Made by a program: the position numbers and the translations under genes. A stretch of DNA of 64,000 nt from Chitinophagales bacterium (GTDB lineage Bacteria; Bacteroidota; Bacteroidia; Chitinophagales; UBA10324): assembly GCA_039810885.1 (NCBI GenBank), contig JBDHXV010000001.1, positions 13,527 to 77,526 of the forward strand, read 5' to 3'. Of the stretch, positions 57,879 to 64,000 are shown one piece after another (positions within the stretch are counted from its first letter, which is position 1; every line of letters starts with the position of its first letter). The notes below the pieces were generated by a model. That model searched no databases. It had not been told where the DNA came from and saw only the letters and a program-made list of their open reading frames with translations.

Positions 57879-60026
57879 CTATTTCGACTGTTTCATCGAA
57901 GTAATGATCTTTTTTACTTCGCTGAGATAAAGATCTTTACTTAATGTTTTTAACCATTCTTTGTTGCGGTTAACCTTACTGGTATCTGAACCTGCCAAGG
58001 CATTAACGTCTTCTTGGCAATTTATAACGGTTAAGGGGGTAATTTTTTGCTTCAACTCTTCCATCTCTTTATCTTGTTTCTTGCTGTTTGATATGCGTGT
58101 TTGATAGGCTTTAAGATTTAAGGTTATCGAGGTATTATCGGATTGCTTTTTATATTCAACAGATTGTGCATCTATGGTTTTAAAGGAGCTATTCGTTTCT
58201 ATTCTCTTATAGCTTTCTGAAATTACTTTGTCAAAATAATTTTTTGGGTTTACTGTGTTATAGGATACGGGCTTTATTTCATCCCAAGGCATCACATATT
58301 CTTCTTCTTTTTCACCATATTTAATACGTGCATATAAATCGGGCACAATGATATCTGGTGTAATACCGCGTAATTGTGTAGAGCCACCGCTGATGCGATA
58401 GAATTTTTGCATTGTAATCTTTAGTGATCCTAAGGGTAAAATGGAGTTATACGCAGACTGTACCATATCGTCAAGATTGAACATGCGTTGTACCGTACCT
58501 TTTCCAAATGTAGTTGTACTTCCTATTATAATACCTCGCTTATAATCTTGAATGGCCGCTGCAAGAATTTCACTCGCCGAGGCACTATTTTCATTTACCA
58601 TAACAACTAATGGTCCATCATAAGTTACAGAAGGATCGGTATCGTCCATTATATTAGGATCACCACTACGGGTCTTCACTTGTACAACAGGCCCTGTTTT
58701 TATGAACAAACCAACCATGCGCACTACGCTCTCCAACGAGCCTCCACCGTTATCTCTTAAATCAAGAATAACACCGCTTACATTTTCCTTTTTAAGCTTA
58801 ATCAGCTCCTTTTTGACATCTATAGCGCAATCGCGCCCACCTATACTATAGTCCGAATAAAAGCCTGTTAAACGAATATAACCGACCTTTTCATCGCCAT
58901 TGATAATAGCGCTTTGTGCGTAGGTTTCTTCAATGATAACGATATCGCGGGTTATTGTGTACGTTTCGGTTGATCCGTCGGGCTTCTTAACGGTCAATGT
59001 GACTTTTGTACCTTTTTTACCTCGTATTAGCTGCACAGCTTTATCAAGGCGCATATCGCTGACATCAACCGGCTCTTGCCCTTGTTGAGCTACTTTCAAA
59101 ATTAAGTCTCCGGGCTTTAATCTTCCATCGCGATAGGCCGGGCCTCCCGGAACGAGGCTGACCACTTTAATATATCCATCTTTTTCTTGAAGTGTAGCGC
59201 CAATACCCTGTAACTGTCCCGTCATCACAATATCAAAGTTTTGCTTATCGGCAGGGGGGAAATATTCCGTGTGCGGATCCTGTACATTGACTAAAGTATT
59301 TAAATATAGGTTGAAGCGATCATTTTTCTCAAGCTCAAACATACGTTTAAAGCCTTCGTCATTTGATTTACGCACTTTATCACGAGCCGATTGTTCCAAT
59401 TCAGAAAAGGGTTTCTCCTTAAAAACACTGTCTTTATTATTACGCAACTTTTCTTGATCTTCTATTAGGTCATTCAGTCGAATCAGGGTTTGATATTTTA
59501 AATATTTACGCCACTGTTCTTTCTGTGTTATTGAGTCGGATGCAAACGATAGTTTATTGACGTCACTTTCAAAGTATTCGTCAGCATTAAAGTCAAACGG
59601 TTTGCTTAAAATTTCTTTATAATAAGACGAGGCTTGTTTCACACGCGTTTCAAATATTGCGTTTACTGCTTCAAAGTAATTTGCAGTTCTCGCTTTTACT
59701 TCATCATCAATTTTAGTTCTAAAGTTGGATAAAGCATCAATATCTTTTTTTAAGAAGAACTTTTTATTAATATCAAGCCGCTCGATGTATGTATCAAATA
59801 CGCGCTTAGAGTATTCATCATCTAACGGAATAGGGTCGTAGTGCTGAGTTTGGACACCTTCGGACAGTAACCCTATTAATACTTCACTCTTATCTTGTTG
59901 GGGTTTAAAATACCAGCGATATGATGCGAATAGGATAATGCCTAATAGGAATATACTTAGTAGGAAGATTTTAGATTTGCTCATTTGATCGAAGCGGCGG
60001 CCAAAGGCCTGTTTATTTTGAGTCAT
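57879..60026 (-). CDS. prc: Carboxy-terminal processing protease (S41, Prc/Tsp)
   Basis: DPHT, PDZ domain, DLRDNGGG, SASASE and FGKGTVQ motifs. The start could be at a downstream Met (MSKSK). Confidence 0.9.
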   Translation of the reverse strand: MTQNKQAFGRRFDQMSKSKIFLLSIFLLGIILFASYRWYFKPQQDKSEVLIGLLSEGVQTQHYDPIPLDDEYSKRVFDTYIERLDINKKFFLKKDIDALSNFRTKIDDEVKARTANYFEAVNAIFETRVKQASSYYKEILSKPFDFNADEYFESDVNKLSFASDSITQKEQWRKYLKYQTLIRLNDLIEDQEKLRNNKDSVFKEKPFSELEQSARDKVRKSNDEGFKRMFELEKNDRFNLYLNTLVNVQDPHTEYFPPADKQNFDIVMTGQLQGIGATLQEKDGYIKVVSLVPGGPAYRDGRLKPGDLILKVAQQGQEPVDVSDMRLDKAVQLIRGKKGTKVTLTVKKPDGSTETYTITRDIVIIEETYAQSAIINGDEKVGYIRLTGFYSDYSIGGRDCAIDVKKELIKLKKENVSGVILDLRDNGGGSLESVVRMVGLFIKTGPVVQVKTRSGDPNIMDDTDPSVTYDGPLVVMVNENSASASEILAAAIQDYKRGIIIGSTTTFGKGTVQRMFNLDDMVQSAYNSILPLGSLKITMQKFYRISGGSTQLRGITPDIIVPDLYARIKYGEKEEEYVMPWDEIKPVSYNTVNPKNYFDKVISESYKRIETNSSFKTIDAQSVEYKKQSDNTSITLNLKAYQTRISNSKKQDKEMEELKQKITPLTVINCQEDVNALAGSDTSKVNRNKEWLKTLSKDLYLSEVKKIITSMKQSK

Positions 60027-60058
60027 AAGTAGTTAAATAACGCTGTACACGTTTGCAG

Positions 60059-60066
60059 CAAATATA
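60059..60066 (-). promoter_or_regulatory. -7 box (TATATTTG) for prc-tsaE-ald
   Basis: Consensus match upstream of prc. Confidence 0.5.
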
Positions 60067-60208
60067 CTCAGAGCATAGAATGCAAATAATTATTATGAAA
60101 TCTTAACAAACGCCTAAACATCGATACTTATCGAAGTGGTATCTGCATATTCTAAAGCAAGGGATAATAATATTTGTAACAGAATACGTTAAAAAGCATT
60201 CCGGGTAG

Positions 60209-60778
60209 CTATTGAACCATTAGCCGCTGAGTAACAGTTTCTTTTTCGCTAATAACTTCAACAAAGTAAAAGCCCTTGGGTTGATTTGTAAAATCAAGGC
60301 TATGAATATATTCGCCCGAGTGTTGAATATTTACATCATTCCATATTTCACGGCCACTAATGTTATAAACACGCACAGATAATGAACTACCTGAAGATGC
60401 ATAAAAATTTATTGTAGCGATGCTTTCTGTTGGATTCGGAAATACGCTCAGGCGCGAAGTAAATGATTTATTGAATTTTGAATCTGTGCTGTTTATTAAA
60501 TCGGGTTGTGCTACATCAAAACTGACTTCTATTTTGCAGAGACCTTTTGAGTCAGTAACTGTTGCTGTGTAGCGACCTGATGCCAGATTGTATTGATCTT
60601 CATCTGTAGAACCGTTGCTCCAGATGTAGAAGTAAGGTGGGTTTCCGCCTTTTATTTCCAAATCTATACTTCCGTCTTTTGCCCCATAAGCGGAGCAGTT
60701 ATAGGCTTTGCTTTTTATTTGTGCTTGTAGTGTTGTAGTAAGGAGAACAGTTAGACTTAATAGGTAAAATATTCGCAT
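60209..60778 (-). CDS. Small T9SS cargo: one SprB-like repeat plus type A CTD
   Basis: Signal peptide; DGSIDL..GGNPPY.YIWSNG..NLASGRYTATVTD repeat; VFPNP...GFYFV CTD. Confidence 0.82.
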   Translation of the reverse strand: MRIFYLLSLTVLLTTTLQAQIKSKAYNCSAYGAKDGSIDLEIKGGNPPYFYIWSNGSTDEDQYNLASGRYTATVTDSKGLCKIEVSFDVAQPDLINSTDSKFNKSFTSRLSVFPNPTESIATINFYASSGSSLSVRVYNISGREIWNDVNIQHSGEYIHSLDFTNQPKGFYFVEVISEKETVTQRLMVQ

Positions 60779-60897
60779 GATTTCAGGTTTTAAATACGCT
60801 GTAAATATAAGGCGGACTGCTTGTACCGCTATTTATGCTAAAAAATATTTCATCGAATGATATCCTCATTTCGTCTAATGATTGGTATAAAATTGTT

Positions 60898-61863
60898 TTA
60901 GCGTCGAAGTTTATTATGCTTGTTTACCGCAATACTTGCATTGAGTTCAAAGCCTATCATAAGAATAAGTGAGTTCCAATAAAACCAAAACATGATAATA
61001 ATTAAAGTTCCTATTGAGCCATACAACTTATTTAACTGACTGAAATTGTCCATCAAGAAAGAAAAAGCAAGTGATGCCAGTATTGATAAGAGCGAAGCTA
61101 AGATAGACCCCGGGGTGATAAACTTCCATTTCGTTTGGGTTGCCGGTCCATAATAATAAACTAAGGATATGCCGACTAAGATGCAGAGTAGGGTCACAGA
61201 CCATTGTACAATAACAAATGTATAGTAGGATAATGATGAAAATATATTGATATAACTAAATATGTATGGTATAATCCACTTGCCTGCAATAATGAGTGTT
61301 GCAGACACGATCAATAATATGATGAGCAGGAATGTTATCTTCAGAGATACAAGAATTTTATGCAGGTAATTTCTTTTTCTGAATGCGGCATACGATTTAT
61401 TAAAAGAATCCAGCAATCCCAAAACCCCACTGGCACTGTAATACACCGACATAATGACTCCAATGGATAGTAAGCCTGTGCTTTGAGTGTTCAACAGGTT
61501 TTCCAGAGTGCTTTGAATAAATTCATATCCGGAGTCGGGAAGCATAGATCGCACCCCATGCATTATGCTCTCCTGTAATCCGGGGATGGGTAAATAAGGT
61601 ATTAACGTAAACATCACAATCAGCGACGGAAAAAGTGCCATTAAAAAATAAAATGAAATAGAGGATGCTCTAACCTGTAATGAGTCACGGCTAATTTCTT
61701 TAAAGAAAAATTCCAGTACATCATAAACAGTCTGCCCTTGAAAACCCGGCAGAGAAAGTTTTTTAAGCAGAAAAAAAACTATGCGTTTAATGCGTAAAAA
61801 GAGCCGCCATAGATCACGCAATAACTGATTGCGTTGCAATAATTTCTCCCACCACTGCCTCAT
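60898..61863 (-). CDS. YihY/BrkB family membrane protein
   Basis: ASSISFYFLMALFP, PGSILA and LYGSIG motifs. Confidence 0.88.
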   Translation of the reverse strand: MRQWWEKLLQRNQLLRDLWRLFLRIKRIVFFLLKKLSLPGFQGQTVYDVLEFFFKEISRDSLQVRASSISFYFLMALFPSLIVMFTLIPYLPIPGLQESIMHGVRSMLPDSGYEFIQSTLENLLNTQSTGLLSIGVIMSVYYSASGVLGLLDSFNKSYAAFRKRNYLHKILVSLKITFLLIILLIVSATLIIAGKWIIPYIFSYINIFSSLSYYTFVIVQWSVTLLCILVGISLVYYYGPATQTKWKFITPGSILASLLSILASLAFSFLMDNFSQLNKLYGSIGTLIIIMFWFYWNSLILMIGFELNASIAVNKHNKLRR

Positions 61864-62927
61864 TCGGTTATATTTCTTTGATTTAAACTTTTCTGATACC
61901 GGGCGGCATTTCTCAAATGCTCTCCATAGTTAACCGCAAATATATGAGTGCCCGGTTTCTCCGGATTTGCACAGAAATACAGAAACTTCGTATCCACAGA
62001 ATTGAGTACAGCGTTAATCGAAGCTTCTGAAGGTGTGCAGATAGGGCCTGGTGGCAAGCCTTTATTTTGATAGGTGTTAAAAGGCGATTTGGTCTTGGTA
62101 TGTATTGATAAAATACGACGTAAATCAAAACGATGTAAGGCATATTTCACTGTAGGGTCTGCCTGAAGGGGCATATCTTTTTTTAAACGATTAAGATAGA
62201 CGGATGCTATAAGTGGTTTCTCCTCATTAGAATTAGTTTCTTCTTCAACAATACTTGCCAATATGCTCACTTCTATAGGAGTAAGCCCTATTAATTTGGC
62301 TTTGTCCTTTCGCGTTTCAGTCCAAAACTCATCAAAATAACTCTTAATTCTTTCCATAAACTTGTCTAAGGTAATTGTCCAGTAGAACTCGTGGGTGTTG
62401 GGCAGAAATAGTACCATGCTGTTATCCGGGTTAACATCAAACTTCTGAAGATAGATATCATCATTGAGCGCACGGGCAAGCACGGAAGAGTCCAGCTCCA
62501 GTTTACTGCCTACAAAAGCCGCTAACTGTTCTTTTGTTCGAAATTTTTTCAGCACCAGTTTTACCGGTGTCTGCTTTCCGGAATGCAGTAACCGCACTAA
62601 CTGTAAGTTAGTCATATCTTTTTCTACTTTATATCTGCCAGGATGAATATGCTGGTTTAGCTTCATTTGTATGGCAACCCATCGAAATGTTTCCGTACTT
62701 TTTATTAGTTTACTTTTCTCAACAATACTGATTAATGCGTTAAAGTCACTGCCGGTTGGGATGTATAGGTACCCTTCCTGCTCATCTTCGGGCACTTGTG
62801 TGTTAGGAGCGGTAAATCGCTGATAGAATTCATAAGCTAATAACGCTCCGGATATCAAAAGAATTACGGTAAACGCAATGATGATTTTCGTCCACTTGCC
62901 CTTACTGTTCTTTTTTGTTGCAGACAT
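61860..62927 (-). CDS. mltG: Endolytic transglycosylase MltG
   Basis: N-terminal TM helix; LASIVEEE, LQADPT and SPFNTY..GLPPGPI motifs. Confidence 0.94.
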   Translation of the reverse strand: MSATKKNSKGKWTKIIIAFTVILLISGALLAYEFYQRFTAPNTQVPEDEQEGYLYIPTGSDFNALISIVEKSKLIKSTETFRWVAIQMKLNQHIHPGRYKVEKDMTNLQLVRLLHSGKQTPVKLVLKKFRTKEQLAAFVGSKLELDSSVLARALNDDIYLQKFDVNPDNSMVLFLPNTHEFYWTITLDKFMERIKSYFDEFWTETRKDKAKLIGLTPIEVSILASIVEEETNSNEEKPLIASVYLNRLKKDMPLQADPTVKYALHRFDLRRILSIHTKTKSPFNTYQNKGLPPGPICTPSEASINAVLNSVDTKFLYFCANPEKPGTHIFAVNYGEHLRNAARYQKSLNQRNITE

Positions 62928-62930
62928 ACA

Positions 62931-64000
62931 TTAAACTTTTAATAGCTGTTGTAAAGCTAATCTTGCTTTACTGTTGTTGGGGTTCTTGAGCAAAATAAGA
63001 TTCAACATTTTTATTGCTTCTGCTTTTCTGCCCAAGGTTACTAAAGCTGCTATCTTATTCATAATAGCCTCTTCATAGTCAGGGTTTAATTGCAGGGCTT
63101 TATCTGCAAGTTGCAGCGCATACGAGGCATTATTCATTAATAAGTATATATAACTTAAATTGGAGTATGCCGCCTCATACTTTGGTTGTAAAGCAATGAT
63201 GTTTTCAAAAATATATTTTGCTTCATCAATCCGTTTCAACATAACTAATGCTTTACCTTTCTTATTTAAGAAGTCCAGTTCCTCTTTTCTTATGGAAACG
63301 GCTCGGTTATAAAATCGCAGTGCATTATCAAACTTTCCCGATTGAAAAAAAGCCTCTCCTATCCTGTAAGCAGTCCAAGCATTACATTCTTCAGGTTTAA
63401 GGTTCTTAGCGGCCTCTATAATTTTAAGAAAATCATTTCTCCAAAAGTAATATTGAATTAAAGCAGAACGATAACGAACAGAAGCTTTTTCATCGGCAGC
63501 ATTTAAATGATACCAGGCAGAATCAAGCAAAATATTTTTTGCTACAAAGGCTTCATACATCATTAAATAACCTTCTGCCATTACAAGGTGTGATGCCTTG
63601 GCATCTGTCATACATTCTAAATGAGAAAAGTCTTGTTGCTCACTTCCGTGATAAGGTCTTCGTATGATTTTGTGATCGTGAATCGTTACGTGTGGTATAT
63701 CCATAGTAGCGCTCACCGGCATGTGACAATGATAGCAATTGTCCTGAACTGTTTGTCGCTCTATTGTTGGCGCTTTGCAATCATTACCCCCGTTATGGCA
63801 CGATTTGCATGTGTTGTTAAAGTAGTCAGGCTGAGTTTGCTTTACACTCACATGCGGATTATGACAAGTAAGGCAAGACATTTTTTGCGACATGCGATAG
63901 CATGCGCTCTGTTTCATACGATCCACATGCGAGGCCATAATAAATTTTGCATCCGGGTTCTTATATCGTGGAAGAAATACTTGCATTACTTCGCTCAAAT
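62931..64000 (-). CDS. Multiheme cytochrome c-TPR fusion, 5' end truncated by window edge
   Basis: CLTCH, CKSCH and CYHCH heme motifs followed by TPR repeats. The frame stays open to the window end. Confidence 0.82.
   Translation of the reverse strand, partial: LSEVMQVFLPRYKNPDAKFIMASHVDRMKQSACYRMSQKMSCLTCHNPHVSVKQTQPDYFNNTCKSCHNGGNDCKAPTIERQTVQDNCYHCHMPVSATMDIPHVTIHDHKIIRRPYHGSEQQDFSHLECMTDAKASHLVMAEGYLMMYEAFVAKNILLDSAWYHLNAADEKASVRYRSALIQYYFWRNDFLKIIEAAKNLKPEECNAWTAYRIGEAFFQSGKFDNALRFYNRAVSIRKEELDFLNKKGKALVMLKRIDEAKYIFENIIALQPKYEAAYSNLSYIYLLMNNASYALQLADKALQLNPDYEEAIMNKIAALVTLGRKAEAIKMLNLILLKNPNNSKARLALQQLLKV

Noticed and set aside
429-62646. Many 60-170 aa antisense or alternative-frame ORFs in the track (e.g. 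429..803, 28457..28969, 34357..34764, 44953..45417)
   Set aside because: They are shadows of well-supported genes and have no motifs.

Overview
A gene-dense, AT-rich stretch of core chromosome from a Bacteroidota bacterium. The assignment rests on recurring TAnnTTTG -7 promoter boxes, near-absence of Shine-Dalgarno motifs, two T9SS-CTD proteins, fused SecDF and a long NusB. About 55 CDSs cover translation (rplS, rpsA, rsmD, tsaE, yebC, nusB), envelope and transport (lpxK, MlaEFD-like genes, a TonB-dependent receptor, an ExbB-ExbD-ExbD-TonB operon extended by a small membrane protein, a PstS-like lipoprotein and a TPR protein, mltG, prc, secDF) and amino-acid/redox metabolism (Leu dehydrogenase, gcvP, agmatinase, carboxyltransferase, Ald-like protein, pntAB, ubiX, coaD). 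I saw no rRNA, tRNA, CRISPR array, transposase, integrase or recognisable defence island. The best leads are subtle: a strong SD plus TTG start on rpsA in an SD-independent lineage, the extended Ton operon, an uncharacterised radical SAM enzyme coupled to agmatinase, a ~165-aa insertion in domain B of a secreted GH13, a structured secDF leader, and several enzymes with altered catalytic motifs. All functional calls come from motif recognition by eye; no searches were run.
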